The position numbers and the translations under genes are program-made. This document shows positions 1 through 11,245 of a stretch of 64,000 nt of DNA, in pieces (the stretch's first letter is position 1; every line of letters starts with the position of its first letter). Source of the DNA: Flaccisagitta enflata (taxonomy: Eukaryota); contig OZ231126.1 in the NCBI GenBank assembly GCA_965153355.1, forward strand, positions 42,222,001 to 42,286,000. Reading direction: 5' to 3'. The notes beneath the pieces are model-generated. The model made no database searches and was not told the origin of the DNA. It worked only from the letters and a program-made list of their open reading frames with translations.

Positions 1-905
1 ACCTTGTGTCACAGATTCACTTTTTCCTGAAAACAATTTTTAACTGGTGTCTAAAATGACTAAAGAAAAAAAATAATTTTTCCTATAATAAAGGATTTTG
101 AAATTGGTTGGGAGGAAGCCATGATTTTCAATCCCATGGCCGATTCCTGATGATTTTCTTGATCTCTTCAAACCAAACAGTGGAGGGCACTTTGTTGAAG
201 TGCGACCCGCCTGTACTTGGGTCTTGGAGGTGTATATATATGTATGTGGATACTTTTGTATGTATATATGTATATATATATGGGTCGAAACCCTTTAAGG
301 TACAGGACTCCAACTGATGACCAGAAGCTGTATGGTTTGATAGTTTTATAAAAAAAATTTTTGGACATGTACTAAAACTTTTTTACCCTTCATGGTGACC
401 TATCATCCCATGATATATCTTCTTTGAAGATGAAGGCCTTTTTCCCTTTAATCACTAAAAATCATAACCATAACCATATATAGTATAAATTCTCCTAAAT
501 CCCACCCCCCTAATTAGGATAAAGGGGCTCAACTAGGGATATGGACACCTTGGTTCCCTTTTTCAATTAGGTCAACTTTAACCAAAATTGGGCTGAGTTG
601 ATGGTCCCGATCAATGCCAGAAGACAGCTCTAACAACACCCTTTCCCTAAAATATTCATTATTTCTAAATAAAATATTTAGATATTCATTTTTAAGATAG
701 GAAAATATGACACATTTAGTAAAAAGTATATGCCTAAGGAATTTTGTTAGTGTTTCAAAAGACCACAGATTAGGTATGTATGTGTATGTAATGGAAGCTT
801 ACACTATATAAATGTCCATATCTTTTCCAAATTTTGTTCAATTTCTGTTTCCTTTTGATTAATTGTATGAGTTTTATATAGGATAAATTGTTGCACAAGC
901 CACAT
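1..905 (+). repeat. 5' pseudo-LTR (partial, continues left of the window)
   Basis: Direct repeat of 4485-5390. By eye it differs by one A-run indel and two substitutions. Identity ends at ...CAAGCCACAT. Confidence 0.95.
187..320 (+). ncRNA. Candidate structured, pseudoknotted RNA motif in the pseudo-LTR (second copy at 4672-4805)
   Basis: Pairings 187-192/198-203, 204-209/218-223, 210-216/300-306 (pseudoknot), 224-229/308-313, 233-250/255-272 and 282-285/290-293. Function not shown. Confidence 0.5.
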
Positions 906-973
906 AGTTTAGTGCCTTGGTATAGAATGTCCGGCGGTCCCATTTGGTGACTCTCGATTCTTGCCTTTAGGGC

Positions 974-2124
974 ATGGTTTCTTTCAACAGTATTATAACT
1001 GTAATACAAAATATTGTAACAAATCTTTATTCCTCAACAATTATGGCGAACGAAACTTTAATAAAAAAATGCAATGGGCGATCCTGTGGTACGTGTCCAT
1101 TTTTAGAAGAAAAAAATTGTTTTCATTCAAATTCTACAGGACAAAGACATAAACCTTTAACAGCAGATCAGGATTTTCTAACTTGTAAATCAGAAAATGT
1201 TATTTACATGATTTATTGTCAGGTTTGCAATATTCAATATATAGGTGAAACTAAACAAAAGTTAATAAGAAGATTTAGTAATCATAAGACTAACATAAAT
1301 GGTAAAAAGTCAGGCCAAGTTGTTCATAAACATTTTGAAGAAAGTGGCCATGGCATTTCCAATCTTAGAGTAATTCCCATAGAAAAAATAGATAAGAATA
1401 ATGTTAATTTGCGAGGCTTAAATGAAATCCAGAAGGATAAGGCAATAACTAAATACAGGCTAGAACGTGAGAAAATTTGGATTTCAAAATTGCAGACTGC
1501 TTATCCCTTTGGATTAAATATTTCTGTCAAAGGGGTCGGTGACTTTAATGTTTCCCAGGGACTGTACCAAAATTTTGAAGGACGAAAAAGGAGAAAAAAT
1601 AAAAAACATTCTAGAAGAAAACCAAAAAGGTTAAGAAATAACAATGATATATCTATGGATTTTTTAAAAAGAAAACATACTGAGCTTAGAGATAAAGATA
1701 ATTATATTCATTTCTTTAAAACCTTTTTATATGGTCTACCTAGACAACAGTTACAAACATTACAAAATAATGCAAGACAGGATAATATGATAGATGATAG
1801 ATTAAGAGATATGATAAATATGATTTCCCACCAGAAATTATTTAAACCAGTCCAAACTAATATAAAGAAGGATAGAGATTTTTATCATATTCAATTTAGA
1901 GACAAAGGACTGGATCATATCAATATAAGCCAAATACTTAGAAATAAAAGTGTCACAGATAAGATTCCAATTTATTTTACTGATAAGGAGCCTCCTATAA
2001 TTGGATATAGGTTTAACAGAAGTATTGCTGGTAATATTTTTAATTATAAGGAGAGCTTGTCAGAAGAGTCAATTGGAAAATTTGAAAATGGTGACATTCA
2101 TTGTAATTGCCAAAATTCCATTTA
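974..2124 (+). CDS. PLE polyprotein, 5' part: Cys motif, GIY-YIG endonuclease and CxC linker (interrupted by a MITE; as written the ORF stops at 2140)
   Basis: KKCNGRSCGTC; NVIYMIYCQVCNIQYIGET (GIY-YIG); RFSNH and VHKHF (CCHH); REKIWI...PFGLN; basic NLS-like RKRRKNKKHSRRK; IHCNCQNS (CxC). Alternative start Met at 1043. Confidence 0.93.
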
Positions 2125-2533
2125 CTACTCGACTCAATAAAAAAGCCGCACTTTTAAATGACAAATTGTCATACTGAATTTCATAAAAACTAATTAAAAT
2201 CTTAGACAGTTAGAAAGCTCTTGAAAAGATCTTTCATTTGGCACCAATCTGGTATTGCTATCTTTTTTTGTTTAGAAATGACATTAGTTTGAGTAAAAAC
2301 TTTGCCTATTTCAGTTTTGTAATCTCTATGAAAAAAGTGCATTTTAGCAAAATAGTGCTTTTCTTTGCAGAGCTCTAGCTCCTAAACCGTTTGAGATACA
2401 GATCTGGGATTGGTCTAGAATGAAAGAAAATTTGATATAGGTTTAACAGAAGTATTGCAGGTAATATTTTTAATTATGCTTGTAATCAATTGGAAAATTT
2501 ATGGTGCATTCTTTGTAATTGACAAAATTCCAG
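2125..2533 (+). mobile_element. TA-TSD MITE inserted in the PLE ORF; right ~100 bp replaced by a degenerate copy of PLE 2004-2122
   Basis: TA at 2123-2124 and 2534-2535. 2125-2427 is colinear with the complete 411-bp copy at 35136-35546; the landmark GGTCTAGAATGAAAGA sits at offset 287 in both. Confidence 0.88.
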
Positions 2534-4201
2534 TATAAGGATGACCACCACGGTCATGTTATAACTGGAAACTTAGAAATAATTGAAAATACAATGCTAC
2601 GAAATATATTTAAAAGAGGACCCAAATATAGATTACCCCAAAGAATAAATTGGTCAGAAGATAAAAATCACATAATAAATTTTCTTGAGTCTTATATTGA
2701 AAATTGGACGGCTAAAGAAAGGAAACAAGGTAACATATTGGTAAAAAAAGAAGATTTAGATTTATGGAAAAATGAGATACTAAGAGTAGTAGACAACAAA
2801 ATAAGTCGAGGTAAAACTTTATTTAAAAGGACCTGGTCGAAAAGATTAGATGGTAGTCTAGCCACAGAATTGGCAAGATTGAAACAGGATTTTGTCATTA
2901 CTGTGGCAGATAAAGCTCAAAATAACATTTTATTCACTTGTAAATATTTTTATATAAAAAACTTAAAGGAAGAATTGACACGACCAGGTCAATTAACCTA
3001 TCAATTGTCAAATAAGGGACAAAATGATACTAATAAAGATATAATTAATTTTTCAAAATGCAAGGGTATTAAAGTTCCAGAGAATATGGGAGACCTGCCT
3101 CTGATATATTGGATACCCAAAATGCATAAGAATCCAATAGGCAGTAGATTTATTGCAGGATCCAAATTTTGTTCAATCAAGATGCTCTCAAAATACTTTT
3201 CTAAGGCTTTGAAATTAATTTTACATCATATGAAGCTATATAATAAAACAGTTTTTGAGAGGACAAGTTTGAATTGTTTTTGGATTTTGGATAACTCTTT
3301 AGAATTTTTGGAAAAAATAAAATCTGAAAGGATAATCCATATGGAAACATATGATTTTTCCACTCTATATACGGCCTTGCCTCATGGAGAAATAAAACGT
3401 AAATTTTCAGCTATTTTTCAGAAAGTTTTTAATAGGGAGGCAAGGCCATACATAAGTGTCAATATGAATGAGGCTTATTTTAGTCCTACAAAGGCTAAAA
3501 ATAAATTTTCATTCAGATCGGCAGACATGCAGGAAATTTTAGAATTTATATTGGATAATATTTATGTAAAATTTGGTGCAAATGTATATAAGCAAGTGAT
3601 AGGTATTCCTATTGGTCTTGATTCTGGACAGGATATTGCTAATTTACTTTTATATAGTTATGAATCAGACTATGTGGGTGAAATTTCTAAGGTAGATCTT
3701 CCGACAGCAAGGAAATTTAAGCTTAATGGAAGATATATTGATGATCTTTTTGTAGCTAATTTTCCAACCTTTAGGGATCATATCTATGAAATATACCCTC
3801 AAGACCTAGAAATTAAATTAGAATCTAATAATACCCAGGAAGTAACATACTTAGACTTAAAAATTAAATCGGAAAATTCTACTCTAAATTTTTCTGTCTA
3901 TGATAAACGTGATGATTTCTCTTTTGATATTGTCAATTTTCCCTACATAGACAGCTGTATACCAAAAAAATCAGCCTTGGGTGTTTATTTAAGTCAATTG
4001 ATAAGATATGCTAAATTGTCATCTAAATATGAAGATTTTTTACAAAGAAGCAGATCTTTGGTTGATAAACTAAAGACCCAAGGCTACAAAGAACATGATT
4101 TAAAACGACTAACTTCAAGATTTTTTAGGGAAAAACATGATATTCTAATAAAATATAATATTCCTAATACAGATGATTTTTTGAAAAATATATTTGAATA
4201 A
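2534..4201 (+). CDS. PLE polyprotein, 3' part: Penelope-type reverse transcriptase
   Basis: HGHVITGNL, KRGPKYR, ADKAQNN, YWIPKMHK..GSRFI, YDFSTLYT (motif A), QVIGIPIG..IANLLL (B), RYIDD (C), YLDL (E), YDKRDDFSFDIVNFP (thumb). Same frame as the EN ORF. Confidence 0.95.
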   Translation, partial: YKDDHHGHVITGNLEIIENTMLRNIFKRGPKYRLPQRINWSEDKNHIINFLESYIENWTAKERKQGNILVKKEDLDLWKNEILRVVDNKISRGKTLFKRTWSKRLDGSLATELARLKQDFVITVADKAQNNILFTCKYFYIKNLKEELTRPGQLTYQLSNKGQNDTNKDIINFSKCKGIKVPENMGDLPLIYWIPKMHKNPIGSRFIAGSKFCSIKMLSKYFSKALKLILHHMKLYNKTVFERTSLNCFWILDNSLEFLEKIKSERIIHMETYDFSTLYTALPHGEIKRKFSAIFQKVFNREARPYISVNMNEAYFSPTKAKNKFSFRSADMQEILEFILDNIYVKFGANVYKQVIGIPIGLDSGQDIANLLLYSYESDYVGEISKVDLPTARKFKLNGRYIDDLFVANFPTFRDHIYEIYPQDLEIKLESNNTQEVTYLDLKIKSENSTLNFSVYDKRDDFSFDIVNFPYIDSCIPKKSALGVYLSQLIRYAKLSSKYEDFLQRSRSLVDKLKTQGYKEHDLKRLTSRFFREKHDILIKYNIPNTDDFLKNIFE

Positions 4202-4484
4202 AATTTTGGTGGGAGGCTATGAGAATCTTTTGACCCACTTGTCGCAGACCATAGCCAAACACCATCTTAGTTTTAATATAGTCCCTAAATTTTGGTGAAA
4301 GGCTGTGTTTCTCTTGACCAACTTGTCGTAGTTACATAGCTGGACACCTTTTGGGAAATTTTAACACTTTTCTAAAATAATATTCATATTTTAATATAAG
4401 TGTTTCTATTTTGACCTTGTGTCGCAGATTCACTTTATCTTCTTATATAAAAAAAATATTTTTAACATATGTGTTTCTATTTTG

Positions 4485-5390
4485 ACCTTGTGTCACAGAT
4501 TCACTTTTTCCTGAAAACAATTTTTAACTGGTGTCTAAAATGACTAAAGAAAAAAAAATAATTTTTCCTATAATAAAGGATTTTGAAATTGGTTGGGAGG
4601 AAGCCATGATTTTCAATCCCATGGCCGATTCCTGATGATTTTCTTGATCTCTTCAAACCAAACAGTGGAGGGCACTTTGTTGAAGTGCGACCCGCCTGTA
4701 CTTGGGTCTTGGAGGTGTATATATATGTATGTGGATACTTTTGTATGTATATATGTATATATATATGGGTCGAAACCCTTTAAGGTACAGGACTCCAACT
4801 GATGACCAGAAGCTGTATGGTTTGATAGTTTTATAAAAAAAATTTTTGGACATGTACTAAAACTTTTTTACCCTTCATGGTGACCTATCATCCCATGATA
4901 TATCTTCTTTGAAGATGAAGGCCTTTTTCCCTTTAATCACTAAAAATCATAACCATAACCATATATAGTATAAATTCTCCTAAATCCCACCCCCCTAATT
5001 AGGATAAAGGGGCTCAACTAGGGATATGGACACCTTGGTTCCCTTTTTCAATTAGGTCAACTCTAACCAAAATTGGGCTGAGTTGATGGTCCCGATCAAT
5101 GCCAGAAGACAGCTCTAACAACACCCTTTCCCTAAAATATTCATTATTTCTAAATAAAATATTTAGATATTTATTTTTAAGATAGGAAAATATGACACAT
5201 TTAGTAAAAAGTATATGCCTAAGGAATTTTGTTAGTGTTTCAAAAGACCACAGATTAGGTATGTATGTGTATGTAATGGAAGCTTACACTATATAAATGT
5301 CCATATCTTTTCCAAATTTTGTTCAATTTCTGTTTCCTTTTGATTAATTGTATGAGTTTTATATAGGATAAATTGTTGCACAAGCCACAT
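4485..5390 (+). repeat. 3' pseudo-LTR
   Basis: Near-identical to 1-905. The true repeat may extend further left into 4202-4484, since the 5' copy is cut by the window edge. Confidence 0.95.
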
Positions 5391-6128
5391 CCAAGCAATG
5401 AGAAAAACATAGCAAAATCCATGAGTATTTTGAAGCTCTGCGAAAGATCTTTCCAATGAGACCTTGCTGGTTGTCATAACTCTTTTTGTTTAGAAATGGC
5501 AGAAGAATGAAGACAGGTGGTCAAGAATTTGGAAAATCAGTATCACCTGATTTTCATGGGTTATCTTTGTTGTAACATAGGAATTAAATGAATTGAGTTA
5601 GAAATTTGTTCTTGACCCCATTTTATGGAAAACTCATAGCTCTTTAATTTGCTCATGGATATCGAGTAGCTATGACAATCCTGAGCTACGTAATTGACAA
5701 AAACGAAAAGAGTAAAATTTCGCGATGGAAAAAATTGAAATGAGCATTTTTTCCAATCTGTGATCTTTTTGTTTAATCCTTTGCCATTTCTAAATGAATG
5801 AAGCTACAATGTCCAGCAACGTCGCGTTTTGAAGATGTTTTGCAGAGCTTTTAAACAGTCATGGATTTTCCGAAGTTCAGGTCAATAGTAATACAGAAAT
5901 TAGTAAAAGAAGTTGTCCATTTTTTTACACCATGTTTAGTTAACTGGATAATGATGTTTACTTTAAACTCCTGTAGCTCCCTAGCTAAAAAACGCAAATC
6001 CGAAAAATTGGTGACATAAAAAAACTGCACTTCAAGATCTATTCAGACCTTTTTTCAGAATTGAAATAGCTTTTCTAGGAGAAAAGCTATGTCGATTCCA
6101 TAAAGAGCAAAAGACTTGATACACCCTG
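5391..6128. mobile_element. Right part of a Tc1/mariner-like non-autonomous element, apparent target of the PLE
   Basis: Ends in ...ACACCCTG-TA, a typical CAGGGTGT terminus. Shares GAAAGATCTTTC and TTTAGAAATGGCA motifs with other MITEs in the window. No left end visible. Confidence 0.55.
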
Positions 6129-6302
6129 TAGATCTCTCTCACCCTCTGTCTTTCTCTATACCATGTAAAGAGGGAAGAAGGATGTGACTTCACCCGGCTA
6201 GGTGATGCAAATGTGTCAATGTTCTCAAAACAAAATAGTGAAATACGATATAATGCATATCAAATATATAGGTTTGTATACACAACAGAAAAAAAGAGAT
6301 CC

Positions 6303-6392
<90 letters not shown>

Positions 6393-6484
6393 GCCCTTCA
6401 TTGATCGAGTTGTTGCTGGTGGCGGCTCTTCATCATCCATCATTCATTATTGCTTCATTATTAGTCATTTAGAATATCTTTTTA

Positions 6485-7320
6485 TCGGGGAAAAAAGTTG
6501 AAGTCAGTCTTCGACTTTTTGACATATTCGAGAGAAACAGGGTTTTCATTTTCTTATGACGAAGTTGAGGGTCTCGATCGACCGATTGGGGCCTCCAATG
6601 AAATTGATAGGGTAAGTAAATTTGATAATTCGCTTTCATTTGGCGCCAAGCAAAATGCTCTACAACAAATATTTTTTGTGCAATGAATTTTTAAAGATTT
6701 AATTATGAAACATTTGAATGAAATTTTTTTGATTTTTTTCGATTTAATGTAGGATCGATAAAAGAGTGTATTTATGTTTGTTTGAGCATGCAAATACAAG
6801 AAAACATGTTAATGAGCACAGCTACTCATCTGTGAGGGCGTTTTTGAGCATTTTAGCTCATTTAGCTCACTTAACTCAGTCTATTCTTTCTGATTTCAAA
6901 TTCTATAAATGAATAAATATTTTCTTACATTTTTAAACAAGCCAAGACAAGAAAGCGTATCAGTGAGCAGAGCCGCTCATCTGTGAGGGTGTTTTTAAAG
7001 ATTCTAGCTCATTTAGCTCATTTAGTTTGCTCTTTTTCTCTGATCTTTGATAGGATGAATAAATTAAAGAAAGCAAGAAAACAAGAAAGCAAGGCAGTGA
7101 GCAAAGCTGGTTGTCTGGTTGAATTATTTCAATATTTTAGCTCATCTAGCTCATTTGGCTCAGTTCTATTTTTCTGTGATTTTCAGTGCAATCAATACAT
7201 ACAATTGCTTTTGATTCGAAGTAACAAATAAAAGAAATTTCAATGACTGAAGACAAAAGCATTACATGGTGAAAAGTGACTAATGCTTACGACTTTTTTC
7301 CTCACGGCGACAGCCGCCAT
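6485..7320 (+). mobile_element. Helentron/HINE (DINE-1)-like element, family A
   Basis: 5' GGAAAAAAGTYGAAG with adjacent inverted copy; 3' CGACTTTTTTCC followed by a GGCG..CGCC hairpin. Related copies at 10557-11245, 59836-60494 and 63422-64000. Confidence 0.7.
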
Positions 7321-7733
7321 TACTGGTAAAGGGGACGAATTGGATGCATGTGGTTGCACATTGCAATGACGGCTCTGGCAGTGCAGTAAAAGATATAGGA
7401 GAAAAAGAAAGTGATCTTGCTCTGGCAGACCAGCCGAATTGAATGATATCTAACTGTGAAGGTTTTGACAAATAAGAAGCGCAGGCACTATATAATTTGA
7501 ACAAGTAACGCAGGTTTACAAGATCGTCGCGGACGGGCCGGCAGGGGTGTACATGCTCAATATTACATACAATCGTGACTTAAAATGCACATGTTCTAAG
7601 ACATTAAAATTCAAAATGCTCTTCTTGTTGTTTCATACCATCCAGTTCTGCTTGTCAGCAAGTTGTTATATTTGAATGATGATAGGAGTGGATTTTTGCG
7701 GACAAGAAATCAATCAACGAACAAAAATCGCAG

Positions 7734-7806
<73 letters not shown>

Positions 7807-8497
7807 CAACGAGCCGTAACTGCATCTATAGACCAATGGACGTACGAGACGCCATGTCGGCCACTTCCTGAGACAAAATTTGATCTTGAATCTTGTTAGG
7901 TTCTTAATCTGAGTGAATATATGAGATACGGTTAAAGGAACCATGATTAGACATGTTATCAATTTCAGACTAGCTAATCAATGTTTGAATGTTTAAAACA
8001 TCCCTTTTCCATAATACACCGTCTTTAGATAAAAATAGTAAGTAGTAATATTAATAGTATAGTAATAAATTAGGATTACAGTAGTGAATAGTTTGAAGTG
8101 AGTGAAGCATTTTACTGACCCCAAACCATTCAGTGCTGAAATCTGAGTTTTGGCTTAACAAAATGGTTAGTGGTTACCAACATTCACTGAAAATTTGAAG
8201 GTTTTTGAGTTACAAAGATTTACCGTTTGCTGTTTCAATCTGAACACGGTACACAAGGAGATTCAAAATGGAGCAGTTTTTGTTAAAGAGACATTTTGAT
8301 AGGTGATCTGTCGGTCCAACTGTTATCTTACTGTATACTCTTATATACATTCAGACTTTTTTTGGTGATAAGTGTTTCAAGATTCAAAACTAGTTTTAAC
8401 AGCAAATTGACTGGGACACAAAATTTGTTGGGACACAAAGTAGATATGGCAGCCTCAAAAAATTTGGCTCTAACACGCCGCCGAACCCTGTGCGAAG

Positions 8498-9260
8498 AAA
8501 CAAGGCCGGATACACGGCTACCCCAGTCGCGTGCGGGTGGGCAGGGGCAGAAATTGAGGTCACCAGATCATTTGGGCAGGAGCAGTGAGGCCAAAAACCG
8601 CAAAAGCGTTAGATGGTCAGCGGTACCCGTTGCCCCTATGTGAGTGTATGTGGGTGTGAGGCGGTTAGAGGGGCAGCGGCCCCGAAGGGGCCGATGACCT
8701 ATGCTGTTTTTATTTGGGCCTCAAGGATGGAATTAGGGCCTGGAGGCTGGAATTGGGGCCTTGAGGCTTGGATTAGGGCCTTGAGGCTGGGATTTGAGCT
8801 TTGAGGCTGGGATTACAGCTTCAAGGCTGAGATTTGCGCTTCAAGGCTGGGATTTGAGCTTTGAGGTTGGGATTTGAGCTTTGGGGCAGGGATTTGAGCT
8901 TGGAAGCTGGTATTTGAGCTTCAAGGCTGGGATTTGTGCCTTGAGACTGGGATTTGAGTCTAAGGGCTGGGATTTGAGCCTCGAGGCTGGGATTTGAGCC
9001 TCGAGGCTGGGATTTGAGCCTCAAAGCTAGGATTTGGGCCTTAAGGGGGGGGGGACGGAGAAGGAGAAGAAGGAGAAGGAGAAGAAGAAGAAGGAGAAAT
9101 TTCCCCTATGTGTGAAAGCATAGGTCATCGGCCCCTTCGGGGCCGCTGCCCAAAATAGGAAAGTGTGACGGACGGACCGACGGACGGACCGACTGACCGA
9201 CGGACCGACGGACGGACCGACAAAGCGGGGTGTAGAGTCGCGTAGCACGCGACTAAAAAA
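8498..9260 (+). mobile_element. Composite HINE-like repeat: family C (terminal GTCGCGT..ACGCGAC hairpin, GACG microsatellite) containing family B (GGGCAGCGGCCCC inverted repeats, 21-bp minisatellite)
   Basis: Family C also at ~13401-13607, 21293-21565, 22493-22725, 37856-38035 and 40665-41397. Family B also at ~9565-10085, 25517-26785, 30408-31390, 52820-53430 and 62540-63265. Confidence 0.7.
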
Positions 9261-10303
9261 AGGCGCATGAAACATGTCTAAAACGCTTCTCTTTGATGTC
9301 CTCAGAACCACCCACCTCCCACCTCAGCTTACAAGGAATACAACCAAAACCGTCTCTGCCAACTGAATCAAAATCGATTACATGGCCTGGTAAAAGAGAA
9401 AGCATCTAAAAACCACCGGCCTTACTAGCTCGAGCTTTTGTGTTTACTGCCTGTTGACACTCTTCCGATCGATATCCGAGTATTATATGTATCAGAATCA
9501 GGAAATGAACAACAACCACTAAAACAACAACATCAAAAACAGAAACAATGATATCATCATTAATAGTCGCAAAAGCGTTAGAGAGTCAGCGGTACCCTTG
9601 CCCTGCTTAAGTAGGTTGTGGTTGAAGTTGAGGGGGGAGCAGGGCAGCGGCCCCAAAGGGGTCAATGACCTATGCTGCTAAACATATGGGGAATTTTCTC
9701 CTCCTCCTCCTCCTCCTCCTCCTCCTCCTCCTCCTCCTTCTTCTTCTTCTTCTCCTACTCCGCACCCCCCCCCCACCCCCCAGGCTCATATCTCAGCCTT
9801 GATACCCCATAACCCAGCCTCAAGGCCCGAATCCCAGTCTTGAGGCACAAATCTCTTGAGGCTGGAATTTAGGCCTTGGGGTTGGGACTTAGGCCTCAAG
9901 ACCGGGATTTGGGCCTCGAGGCTGGGATATGGGCCTCAAGTCTGAGACATGGGCCAGGAGGGGGAAGGGTGCGAAGGAGAAGAAGAAGAAGGAGAAGGAG
10001 GAGAAAGCATAGTCATTGTGAGAATTGTGAATTGTAAATTGTGAGAAAGCATAGGTCATCGACCCCTTCGGGGCCGCTGCCCAAAAAAACAACGACAAGA
10101 ACAACACCAACGACAACGATGTGGAACCCATCGCACAATGACTGCGCCTAATGTGGGGCCCCCACAGTGGGAGCAGAGAGCCTCTACTTTCATTGTAAAT
10201 AAAGCCAAACGTAATTCAACAAAAACCCGGGCATGATTCTAACAAGTGGATGATGCTTGAGTCTCCACTTGTTTCCGAAAACAACGTCAACAACAATAGG
10301 ATC

Positions 10304-10304
<1 letters not shown>

Positions 10305-10378
<74 letters not shown>

Positions 10379-10552
10379 AACAACAACAACAACAACAACA
10401 ACGACAAACGACGACGACGACGACAACAATGACAATGAAAACGGCAATGACAATGACAACGAAAATTACAACGACAACGACAACGGCAATGACAATGACA
10501 ATGACAATGACAACGGCAATGACAATGACAATGACAATGACAACGACAGCAA
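10305..10552. repeat. (AAC)n / (GACAAT)n microsatellite
   Basis: Directly visible. Confidence 0.95.
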
Positions 10553-10556
10553 CTAG

Positions 10557-11245
<689 letters not shown>

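Larger units (their letters stand above)
1..5390 (+). mobile_element. Penelope-like retroelement with N-terminal GIY-YIG endonuclease and C-terminal RT (Naiad-type); left end runs off the window
   Basis: EN ORF, CxC linker and PLE-type RT are in one reading frame between ~905-bp direct repeats (1-905 and 4485-5390). This domain order is the one described for Naiad/Chlamys PLEs; the CCHH motif in the EN points to Naiad. Confidence 0.93.

Noticed and set aside
282-330. Canonical hammerhead ribozyme from GAAA..GUA and CUGAUGA (also CUGAUGA near 147)
   Set aside because: Stem I cannot close next to the cleavage triplet and stem II would begin with a C-C mismatch; no GAAA follows the downstream CCA/UGG stem.
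108-368. Short ORFs in the pseudo-LTRs (also 4593-4853)
   Set aside because: They run through TA-rich low-complexity sequence, show no recognisable motif and recur only because the repeat is duplicated.
974-4201. Selenoprotein-type Naiad, or a naturally bicistronic EN + RT element
   Set aside because: No in-frame TGA in either part; the break is fully explained by a MITE at a TA site.
1-5390. LTR retrotransposon or bacterial retron/group II intron
   Set aside because: No gag, protease, RNase H or integrase and no TG...CA ends; RT and EN motifs are PLE-type and the context is a spliced eukaryotic genome.
8730-9045. CRISPR-like or coding repeat array (also ~26280-26630, 52915-53200, 62700-63170)
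   Set aside because: 21-bp head-to-tail minisatellite with no unique spacers, inside a dispersed repeat family; no cas genes.
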